From positions 512,001-576,000 of the forward strand of contig CBDCXV010000011.1 of the NCBI GenBank assembly GCA_965223905.1: 64,000 bases of DNA, read 5' to 3'. Below, piece after piece: positions 18,855 to 27,367 of this stretch (positions are counted from its first letter, which is position 1; every line of letters begins with the position of its first letter). The notes under the pieces are model-generated. The model did not search any database. It had not been told where the DNA came from and was given only the letters and a program-made list of their open reading frames with translations. Source of the DNA: Candidatus Latescibacterota bacterium. Lineage in GTDB: Bacteria; Latescibacterota; UBA2968; UBA8231. Position numbers and translations under genes: made by a program.

Positions 18855-21599
18855 TTGAACGATCGGGTCGGGCAGATGCTCGTACCGACACCATCGTGCA
18901 GATGGGAGCGGAAAGTGATAGTACCCTCAGGCAGAGCTCGATGTCCCGTGGCAGGGATCGCAGCGGTACTACTGTTGCTCGTCGACCCCTCGACGGTTGC
19001 TGGCGAGGATTTCGGCAGCCGCCTGGGGGCCCGCCGGGGCGGCGAGTTGACCTTTGTTCCGCAGGGCGCAGGAGTGTTGTTCAGCGCGCTCGATCCGACG
19101 GTCAAGCGCTGGTACGTGCCGCAGGAGTTGTTCAATGAATACCGGTGGAAACAGTGGGAATACTCCAACTTCGCGAGAGATCCGTACGAGCGCTATGTCG
19201 ATATTGCCCTCGAGGGTAACTACTTCTACGATCAGTTCGGTGAATTCGTCTCCAAAGGTTGGCTCATCTACGATTGGCGGCAGACCCAACCGCGCCAGTT
19301 CGGCAACTCCATCTACAAAGACGGTCGCTTCAGCAGCTGGTTCAGTCGGGTGCTCATCTCCGCCGATCGCAAAGACGAGCACCACTTCAGCGTCACCGTC
19401 GGCCAACCGATCCGTACGACATTAACGCCGATGACGTTCTCCAAGGTCGCCTTCGATGGCATTCAGGCGGACTATGCCGCGGACAAGTACCACGCCACGG
19501 TGGTCCTCTCCCGCGTCAACAGTCCCGGATTCACGGGATCGGGTATACCGGTCGAGCAGACCAACAGCACCGTTCTGATGGGCGGACGGGCGACCGCGCA
19601 GGTGGGCGATTTCGCTACCGTCGGCGCGACGTACGTGAATGGGCATCAGGCGCAAACCCTGCATGACAACTTCCTCGAGGACGTGTTCAGCGGCAGCCTC
19701 ACGGTGGACCAGAACGCGATTCCCATCTCGTGGATCGAGATTCACCTCAAAGATGACTCACCTGAAGATGGAGAAGGAGGGGCGACCTATTTCCCAGCTG
19801 GATCAGACATCATCATCACCTACGCCGACGGGGTCGAGGAAGAGGGTGAGTCCTTCGGTTTCACCCCGATCATACAGGGGGGATTTTCCGGTCTGGGGTC
19901 CATCTCAGCAGACGGGGAGGAGACCATCCGGATCCGCTACGACTTTGACAGCCAGGCCTTTCTCACCGGGGCACACGCCGGCAAAGCCGATATCGAGCAG
20001 ATCCGCTTCCGCCTGGTCCTGTCGAATGATTACCAGGTATGGGCCACCTCCAATCGCCAGAGCAACCGCTCAGGACAACCGGTCCTGTTGCTGATCACCC
20101 AGGCCAAAGGCAACGTCAAGGACAACTCCAGCCAACGGCTCGTCGAATTCGAGTACGGCTTGCCCACCAGCAACCAGATCCTGGGGTACACCCTGGAGCT
20201 CCACGATGTTGAGGGCTTTCAGCTCTACTTCGAACACAACATCAATCACCGTTTCCGAAAATACCCCAGTGTCGGACTGCAGTCGCACCCCACGTCGTCG
20301 GGGATCCTGGGAGACGAGTTTGGCGAGGCGTGGATGATCAACCTCTCCCGCCAGAGCTACCCATGGTTCTTCTTCGCCGAGGGCTTCAGCATGGACCCCG
20401 AATACGCGACCGATATCTTCCTCACCAGCGGCAACGGGGTGATGGATTACGAGACGGTGAGATTGGGACGTTTCGAGTTCGTGGATGACAACGATGACCA
20501 GGATAGATTTCCTGACTGGGACCGGGTCTTTGAGCCCCATGAAGACGCGGTTTTCCCGGGCTGGGACGAGAACAACGACTTCGTTTCCGATTTCAATCAG
20601 AATGACAATGATCTGCGTCCGAACCTGATCCCCGACTACGAGGAGCCCTTCCTGCGCATCGACGTCGATCCGCCGGAGTTTCTGTTTGGAATCGATCTGA
20701 ACAACAACGTCTGGATCGATCGCTTCGAGAACGACGAAGCGGCAGACTATCCCTACAAGAAGGACCACCGGGGGTACAACGTTTATGTCGGCACCCACGT
20801 GACTCCCGAAACGAGATTGAGCGTCGGCCAGGTGCGGGATCGTTTGATCTCGTCGAACCAGGAGAATGTCACGACCTACGGTCTGGTCACTCTGGAAAAG
20901 GATCTCGCCGGTTTGGGGAGGCTGCGCCTCTTCGACATGGTCAAGAGGGCCGAGGACGACATTCCGGATCACCTATTGCAGTGGGTCCAACCCTTCGATT
21001 CGCGGGGCGAGCACCAGCAGTTGCGCGATCAACGCCTCGCTCGGCGCACCTGGATCAACACGGCATGGTTGGGCTTCGACTATACGGCCATCCGCCGGTT
21101 CAGGCTGGACACCAAACTCAAATACGAAGTGTATGACCAGCGGGGCGAGAAAAGCGAGATCGATGCGCGGGGGGTCAGACCGAGCGACTATTTCTTCGGC
21201 TTGGTCAACAGGGCGAGCTATGTCTTCCAATTCGGGCGCTTGAGAGTACAACCCAATTGGAAGAGCCTGCTGCGCCTGCAAACCTATGACATACTGCGCG
21301 CCGAGAAACGCCGCGAATGGATGCAGATCTACAACCTGCGTCTCAATTTTCCGCTGCTCTCCGGATCGACGATCGATCTGGGCGTCGAGCACATGCGTTT
21401 CAATGACCTGCGCAAGCAGACCGACGACGACTTCTGGGAAGTCGTTTGGGCAGCCCAGCTTTCGAACACATCCGCCTATCTGGGATATCTGGTGACCATG
21501 AAAACGGGCTTCGACGTCAGCACTCGAAAAGCAGCAGACTCGGACGACACGACCAACATCCTGCAGTCGTTCATCACCATCATCGCCGGCCTGGAGTAA
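18855..21599 (+). CDS. Large exported protein, predicted outer-membrane beta-barrel with Asp/Asn-rich Ca-binding loops
   Basis: Hydrophobic N-terminal segment; DDNDDQDRFPD, DENNDFVSD, DLNNNVWID; C-terminal third has alternating aromatic/hydrophobic strands; start uncertain. Confidence 0.65.
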   Translation: MNDRVGQMLVPTPSCRWERKVIVPSGRARCPVAGIAAVLLLLVDPSTVAGEDFGSRLGARRGGELTFVPQGAGVLFSALDPTVKRWYVPQELFNEYRWKQWEYSNFARDPYERYVDIALEGNYFYDQFGEFVSKGWLIYDWRQTQPRQFGNSIYKDGRFSSWFSRVLISADRKDEHHFSVTVGQPIRTTLTPMTFSKVAFDGIQADYAADKYHATVVLSRVNSPGFTGSGIPVEQTNSTVLMGGRATAQVGDFATVGATYVNGHQAQTLHDNFLEDVFSGSLTVDQNAIPISWIEIHLKDDSPEDGEGGATYFPAGSDIIITYADGVEEEGESFGFTPIIQGGFSGLGSISADGEETIRIRYDFDSQAFLTGAHAGKADIEQIRFRLVLSNDYQVWATSNRQSNRSGQPVLLLITQAKGNVKDNSSQRLVEFEYGLPTSNQILGYTLELHDVEGFQLYFEHNINHRFRKYPSVGLQSHPTSSGILGDEFGEAWMINLSRQSYPWFFFAEGFSMDPEYATDIFLTSGNGVMDYETVRLGRFEFVDDNDDQDRFPDWDRVFEPHEDAVFPGWDENNDFVSDFNQNDNDLRPNLIPDYEEPFLRIDVDPPEFLFGIDLNNNVWIDRFENDEAADYPYKKDHRGYNVYVGTHVTPETRLSVGQVRDRLISSNQENVTTYGLVTLEKDLAGLGRLRLFDMVKRAEDDIPDHLLQWVQPFDSRGEHQQLRDQRLARRTWINTAWLGFDYTAIRRFRLDTKLKYEVYDQRGEKSEIDARGVRPSDYFFGLVNRASYVFQFGRLRVQPNWKSLLRLQTYDILRAEKRREWMQIYNLRLNFPLLSGSTIDLGVEHMRFNDLRKQTDDDFWEVVWAAQLSNTSAYLGYLVTMKTGFDVSTRKAADSDDTTNILQSFITIIAGLE

Positions 21600-21714
21600 C
21601 CATGGCCGCATTCATTGCCACGGAAAGGAGGTGCAGAGTAAGGTCGTGTGGCCCTTCCACGCAAGGGAATATTTCATCAATTAACCAGTGAGAGCAATCA
21701 TGAAAGGAGCAATC

Positions 21715-22680
21715 ATGAAAGCGAAGTATCTGCTCGTAGCAGCGATGGGCCTCATGCTGGGGTTATCGACCAGCGCCTCGGCCCATTCTGCTGTTCAATC
21801 GGCGGACATTTTCGCCGCCGCGTTCCCCGCCGGCACTGAACCCGTGACCGATGGAGATCTGGGTGAGTGGGACTGGATCAGAGAGACCAGTCTCAGAGAC
21901 GTCTACACCCTTACCGCTCCGCAGTTCAACTACCAGGCGCGGGGTGGAAACCTGGATGGCCTCACGGAAGATCTCTTTCCAGCCGGTGACAACACCAATC
22001 TCGAGGACTTCAACTTCAACATGACCCTGGGCTACGGTCCGGGAACCAATATGCTGTACCTGGGGATTGAGATCTTCGACAACGACCACGTGCGCTGGGC
22101 GAACCCCGATAATTTGTGGCAGGAGGACGGCTTCAACCTGTGGTTGGATCCCGACCACGACGATGAGTTCGGCGGCACCAGTGTTCCCCCTCGGGAGTTC
22201 GAGAAAATTATCTTTGCTCCCGAAATTCTGGATGGAGAGAATGCCCGAATCGAGTCCGATGGCGCTGACTGGCACGTTGGTCACGATTCGATGATTTGCT
22301 CCGGCCCGGACACCTGTCACGACGATCGGATATTCGACGTTGCCTTCACTAACGACGGTCCGAAGTACGGAGAAACCATCACTTTCGTCGAAGCGTGGGT
22401 CGAACTCTACAACTACCTGGATCCTGACCGGTCATTGCATGCCTCAGACAGCGACCCCCACATCATGAACCCGGAAGGCGTGATCGGATTCAACATCTAT
22501 TTCCAGGACGTGGATTTTGTAGATGGCGAAATCGCTTACACCAACCGTTACTTCAATACCGAGAATACCGGTGACCCAAACGGGTTCGGGGATGTATTCC
22601 TGGCGCCGCTCGAGGCGGACGCCCCGACGGCCGTCGAATCGACGACCTGGGGTCGAATCAAGGCGGCGAATGTCAACTGA
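21715..22680 (+). CDS. Secreted CBM9/DOMON-like protein with C-terminal WGRIK tail (copy 2)
   Basis: 321-aa paralog of 15432-16397; AAAGGAG RBS. Confidence 0.8.
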   Translation: MKAKYLLVAAMGLMLGLSTSASAHSAVQSADIFAAAFPAGTEPVTDGDLGEWDWIRETSLRDVYTLTAPQFNYQARGGNLDGLTEDLFPAGDNTNLEDFNFNMTLGYGPGTNMLYLGIEIFDNDHVRWANPDNLWQEDGFNLWLDPDHDDEFGGTSVPPREFEKIIFAPEILDGENARIESDGADWHVGHDSMICSGPDTCHDDRIFDVAFTNDGPKYGETITFVEAWVELYNYLDPDRSLHASDSDPHIMNPEGVIGFNIYFQDVDFVDGEIAYTNRYFNTENTGDPNGFGDVFLAPLEADAPTAVESTTWGRIKAANVN

Positions 22681-22844
22681 AGAGTCCATGGCGAGATGAC
22701 CGGCGGCAACGCATTTCACACCGTGCGGCGCCACGGGATTCTGCCTAGACTCAAAACTGCAACAAGGACATTCACGGTCTGGAGGAGAGAGGGTCGCCCG
22801 ATCCTCTCTCCTCCGTATTGCTGGCACTTCCAGTTGCTTCGAAG
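21715..22844. repeat. Direct repeat, copy B; partner 15432-16562
   Basis: Direct sequence comparison. Confidence 0.95.
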
Positions 22845-22858
22845 CGGGGCGTGAAAAC

Positions 22859-25417
22859 ATGGCGCACCTCAAATATCTGGCTCTGTGGCGGCTGGCCATC
22901 TGCGCTCTGGCTCTGGTGCTGGTCGTCCCGGCGCCATCCCGCGGACAGGGGTACTCCGTTGAGAGCGGCCGCGTGGTCGTAAACACGGCGAGCCACTGGG
23001 AGGACTGGACCCACCCCGAGGGGGTCATCGACATCGCCGACGGTGTGGTAAGACCCTTCTTCATCCGCAAGAGCATCGACGCCGTAGCGAATGCCGCGCA
23101 GTTCGGCGGGGGCATACGTGCCGCCGGCTCAAACCTCCTGCAGGCCGCCAGGATACTGGACCCGGAGCTGAGCACGTTCTGGGAACCGGACAAGGACGCG
23201 CCGCTCGAGGACTGGTGGGTTGAGGTCGACCTCGGACGATTGGTAGTCGCGACGAGGATCGTCGTGCGCTTTGTGGAAGAGGGCATGGGAGATCCGTTCA
23301 ACCGCTTCGCCGTCCTGAGTTCAACGGGGACGGAAGTCTCGGCCGGCGTCCTGCAGTTCGATCCCGTGGGCAAAGCCCTGGCCCGCGGACGGCGGGTATT
23401 CGAGTTCGAGTTGTCTCCCGAACCAGACCCGATGGGATGGACGGGAGAGCCGATTCGCTTCGTACGCCTCGATGTCACGGACAGCCGTCGGGGTCGGGCG
23501 GAACAGATCACCAAGGCACAGTACGAGGCTTTGGCGGCCAATGACCGGGGTGACATTCAGTACCATGTCAGGAGTCTGGCCGGGATAGAAACGCGGGCCA
23601 GCCGCGAGATTTATCAATCCGTGGCGGCGGAGCGCCGGGGCTCGCTGCACTATTTTCGGCGCGAGCGACCGCGCCTGGCCCACGTCGAGGTATGGACCCT
23701 GGGAGACAACATCAGCCTGGGGTGGGAACAGCGCCACGGCCGCGTGGAAGTGGATTTCAGAGGCGGAAACAATCCGACCCATCTCTTCGACGGCGACTTC
23801 GAAACCGGGTGGAGGAGCAAAGCGTGGGTGGGATTCCCGGACCGCTCCAGACTCGAAGTCGATCTGGGCGCCCATTTCTGGGTAGATACCTTTCGCTTGC
23901 TCTTGAGATCCACGTTGCTGGGTTACAGGCTCCAGGGCTCCGATGGTTCCACCGCGCCGGATGGGACGTTGATCTGGCAGGACTTGAGCCCGGACTCGCG
24001 CACGATTCTCAACAACACGGCCAAGCGCTACGAGGAAGGTTTCGCTCCCTTGAAACTGCGTTATCTGGCCTTCCAAACCCTGAACGCGGCAAGGATCAAT
24101 GACGACCATCGGCTCGTCCGCGAGATCCAGCTCTTCGGCGAGGGGTACGTGCCGGAGGTGACTCTTACTTCGGAGCCGATCGAACTGACACAAGCGGGAG
24201 AGCGCACGGCGAGAACGCGAAACCTGACTTCCATCGAATGGACTGCGGTAAACCAACCGGAGACTGACGTGGTGATTCGGACCCAGACGGGCAATGGGTT
24301 GACGCGACAGATCACCTACTACAACACGAAAGGCGAGCCAGTCTCCAAGGAAGAGTACGATAAGATCCCCAGTTTCAGACTGAAGGATACGCGCCTCGAG
24401 ACTACCTTTGTCGAGGATGCAACCTGGAGCAATTGGAGCGAGAGGTACATCCAACCGGGCGAACGCATCAAATCGCCTAGTCCGCGCAAGTTTCTGAAGA
24501 TCGAGACGACGCTGTTGACGGACGATCCAGAGCTCTTTCCGATGTTGGAGGATATCACAGTCCATTTTCGCGATGCTCTGGTGCAAGGCCTCGTCGGTGA
24601 GATCTGGCCGAACCGTGACGTGGAGCCGCTCCTGCCGCATGAATTCGAGCTCTTCATCGCACCGCAGTTCGTCGGACGGGAGGAAGGCTTTGACCAGATC
24701 CTCGTCGAAAGCCCGCCCGGTATAACCATGGAACTGTTGGATCTGAGCATTGGCCAGGAAGCGGATTCTCTGACGACGGCGAGCGAGTTCTCGCCCACGG
24801 ATTCGGGCAGCTTCAGCGACGACGGTGGCCTGGTGGTGGACGTCTTGAGCGATCGCGGCGACTCACTGTGGATCGCTCTACCCGAAGTCCTCGCCACCCG
24901 GGCGCAGGCGGGGTTGGTCCGCCTGCGTTTCAAGGCCAGCGTGTTCTTCCACGGAACCACCTTCGACGTTTCCGTCAGCAACAGCGCGGCCCCGGGTGAG
25001 TGGCAGGGCGTCGATGCGGGGGATGCTACTTCGCTGCGGCCCGGTCAGACCCTCGCGGTCTCTATTCCACTGGAAAGCAGGAGCCTGATCGGCGATGTGA
25101 CGATCCGGCCAAACCCTCTCACGCCCAATGGAGACGGCATCAACGATGAGGCGCGGATCGGGTTTTCCGTCTTGAGGTTGAATGTCTCGAAGGCTGTGGG
25201 CGTTGAGATATACACCCTCTCGGGGTTTCTCGTGAAGGAGTTTTCCCTGCAGCGAGCCATAACCAGCGGCCGCTACGATGAGATCCGCTGGGCGGGCGAT
25301 GATCTGTCCGGCTCTCTGGTTCCTCCGGGGATCTACCTGGCCAGAATCCACGTCGACACGGATGCAGACGATGGTGAGGACGCCACCGCGCACCGCTTGA
25401 TCCATGTGGTGTATTGA
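22859..25417 (+). CDS. Secreted protein: two discoidin-like domains, WSxWS domain, FlgD-Ig/type-B T9SS-like CTD
   Basis: Signal peptide; WWVEVDLGR, LEVDLGAHFW, REIQLFGEGY, TWSNWS, PNPLTPNGDGIND..PPGIYL; ends VVY. Confidence 0.82.
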   Translation: MAHLKYLALWRLAICALALVLVVPAPSRGQGYSVESGRVVVNTASHWEDWTHPEGVIDIADGVVRPFFIRKSIDAVANAAQFGGGIRAAGSNLLQAARILDPELSTFWEPDKDAPLEDWWVEVDLGRLVVATRIVVRFVEEGMGDPFNRFAVLSSTGTEVSAGVLQFDPVGKALARGRRVFEFELSPEPDPMGWTGEPIRFVRLDVTDSRRGRAEQITKAQYEALAANDRGDIQYHVRSLAGIETRASREIYQSVAAERRGSLHYFRRERPRLAHVEVWTLGDNISLGWEQRHGRVEVDFRGGNNPTHLFDGDFETGWRSKAWVGFPDRSRLEVDLGAHFWVDTFRLLLRSTLLGYRLQGSDGSTAPDGTLIWQDLSPDSRTILNNTAKRYEEGFAPLKLRYLAFQTLNAARINDDHRLVREIQLFGEGYVPEVTLTSEPIELTQAGERTARTRNLTSIEWTAVNQPETDVVIRTQTGNGLTRQITYYNTKGEPVSKEEYDKIPSFRLKDTRLETTFVEDATWSNWSERYIQPGERIKSPSPRKFLKIETTLLTDDPELFPMLEDITVHFRDALVQGLVGEIWPNRDVEPLLPHEFELFIAPQFVGREEGFDQILVESPPGITMELLDLSIGQEADSLTTASEFSPTDSGSFSDDGGLVVDVLSDRGDSLWIALPEVLATRAQAGLVRLRFKASVFFHGTTFDVSVSNSAAPGEWQGVDAGDATSLRPGQTLAVSIPLESRSLIGDVTIRPNPLTPNGDGINDEARIGFSVLRLNVSKAVGVEIYTLSGFLVKEFSLQRAITSGRYDEIRWAGDDLSGSLVPPGIYLARIHVDTDADDGEDATAHRLIHVVY

Positions 25418-25434
25418 GCGCAGAGAGGATAGAC

Positions 25435-27339
25435 ATGGCGGCCAAAGGCATGCATCTGAGGATCATCATGGTGACCCACGTGCTGAGCGTTCTGATGACG
25501 CGAGACGGCCTGGCTTTGGAGCGGTATGTCATCGGTGGAGTGGGGGGACAACCGTGGGCCGAGGCGGGAACCGCCTATCTGCTGGAGAGCGAGTCGACGG
25601 AGATTTCCCCCATACATATCGCACCAGATGAGAACATCGGACCCGCCAGCTATGACCTGGGAGGCGGTTCCCTCAATTGGGGCTTTGGCAGCACCGGGGA
25701 AGGTGATGCCAACGACATGGCGAAAGACGCCATGTTCGACCGCAGCGACACCACGGCCTTCGTGCTGTTTCCCAGTGGCGTCTCCGGCATATTTCGCAGC
25801 TACCGCGCGCGCCTGATGCTGGAGCTGGGTGGTAGGTTTCCGGTCAACCGCGTGCGCTTCTTTACGCGCCCGGACTTCCCCTTCCGGGCCCCCGACGACT
25901 TCGATCTCTACGTGAGTCCGGACCAGAGCGAGGCGCGACTTGGCCCGATCGACGACCTGGTGTGGACCCAGGTTGCCGCGGAACAGGAAAACAGGAATCC
26001 CGAGGTCGAGATAACGTTTCCCGCTCAGTGGGTCCGACGCGTTGTGCTGGATGTCAAGTACCTCGATGTCCCTAACACCCAGGTGACCCAGGGAAGACTC
26101 CCCGGTGAGCACAACTGGGAGATCGCCGAGTTCGAAGTGTATGGGGAAGGTTTTGTGGCGGAAGCCTCGTACACCTCACACATTATCGATTTCGTGGACC
26201 CTGCCATCTGGGGCAAGCTCCGCTGGCCCGGACATCGAGATCCCGAGGCCAAAGTGCTGGTGCGCACGCGGACCGGGACCGACGCTACTCCTGACGTATT
26301 CTGGCGCAACACCGGGGTCGGTGATGAGAGCGAACCCGCCGATCTGACCCGCGCGCAGTACGACCGCCTGTCCGCTGCCGACAAAGGACCGATCACCCCG
26401 GATCTGGAGCATTGGAGCTTCTGGTCTGCGCCCTACGAGTTCGAAGCGGGCCAGGAGGGAACCCCCGTCGTCTCTCCCGGACCGCGCCAGTATTTTCAGA
26501 TCAAGATCGATTTCCTGCCCACGATCACGGCCGGAGCCCGCATCGATTCCCTCGAACTGGAGTTTGACACGGTGCGAGCGGCAAAAAGCGTGACCGCTGA
26601 GATCTGGCCGGAAAAGGTGGAACCGGCCAAGGTGGAGACCTTTGTCTATTCGGTGCGGCCTGTCATTGAAGAGGGCGACACCGGTTTCGACAGGCTGAGA
26701 ATCTTCACTCTGGTGGAGGCCGAAGGCGTGCGCTCGGTTCGCCTAGACGGACAGGAGGTCGACCTGGATGCGTTTGTGCCGCAAATCGGCGCAGACCAAC
26801 TGGTGGTCAGCTTCCCCAAACTCGAGCAGAGGGACACGTTCGCACTGGTCGAGGTCGAGTTCGAGGTGGCCGTGGTGCGGTACGGGATGCAGTTCAACGG
26901 CTGGGTGTACGACCACGAGCACGTAGAGCAGGGCGGGATTCCGCAACTGGTCGAGGCGGGCGATGCCACGGCCGCCTACGCGGGCAACTCGCTGTCGGTA
27001 CAGACCGAATTGGGCACCTCTGTGATTGCCGCCGTCAAGGCCGGGCCCAATCCCTTTACCCCGAACGGAGACGGCATCAACGATCGACTCATCCTTTCCT
27101 ACAGTCTCCTGGGGCTCAACCAGGCCACGCCGGTCACTATCCAGCTGTTCGATCTCAGCGGCCGGCGAGTCAGCGTCCTTCACCGGACACAGGCCGTCAA
27201 CGGCATCTACGAGACGATTTGGGACGGTACATCCGACGACGGCCGACTGCTGCCGCCGGGTTCCTACCTCTACCGGTTGTCGGTGGACACGGATGAAGTG
27301 GAAGCGGTGCACACGGGTGCCGTCTCTGTCGTCTACTAG
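25435..27339 (+). CDS. Secreted protein: discoidin-like domain, WSxWS domain, FlgD-Ig/type-B T9SS-like CTD
   Basis: LELGGRFPVNRVRFF, EIAEFEVYGEGF, HWSFWS, PNPFTPNGDGIND..WDGTSDDG..PPGSYL; ends VVY; start uncertain (25414/25435/25450). Confidence 0.82.
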   Translation: MAAKGMHLRIIMVTHVLSVLMTRDGLALERYVIGGVGGQPWAEAGTAYLLESESTEISPIHIAPDENIGPASYDLGGGSLNWGFGSTGEGDANDMAKDAMFDRSDTTAFVLFPSGVSGIFRSYRARLMLELGGRFPVNRVRFFTRPDFPFRAPDDFDLYVSPDQSEARLGPIDDLVWTQVAAEQENRNPEVEITFPAQWVRRVVLDVKYLDVPNTQVTQGRLPGEHNWEIAEFEVYGEGFVAEASYTSHIIDFVDPAIWGKLRWPGHRDPEAKVLVRTRTGTDATPDVFWRNTGVGDESEPADLTRAQYDRLSAADKGPITPDLEHWSFWSAPYEFEAGQEGTPVVSPGPRQYFQIKIDFLPTITAGARIDSLELEFDTVRAAKSVTAEIWPEKVEPAKVETFVYSVRPVIEEGDTGFDRLRIFTLVEAEGVRSVRLDGQEVDLDAFVPQIGADQLVVSFPKLEQRDTFALVEVEFEVAVVRYGMQFNGWVYDHEHVEQGGIPQLVEAGDATAAYAGNSLSVQTELGTSVIAAVKAGPNPFTPNGDGINDRLILSYSLLGLNQATPVTIQLFDLSGRRVSVLHRTQAVNGIYETIWDGTSDDGRLLPPGSYLYRLSVDTDEVEAVHTGAVSVVY

Positions 27340-27367
27340 TGCGGGCTGACCCCCTGCCGTCCTGCCG

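Noticed and set aside
15432-22680. The two WGRIK paralogs as a DGR TR/VR pair
   Set aside because: Differences include many non-adenine and synonymous changes, both copies are full ORFs, and no RT is present
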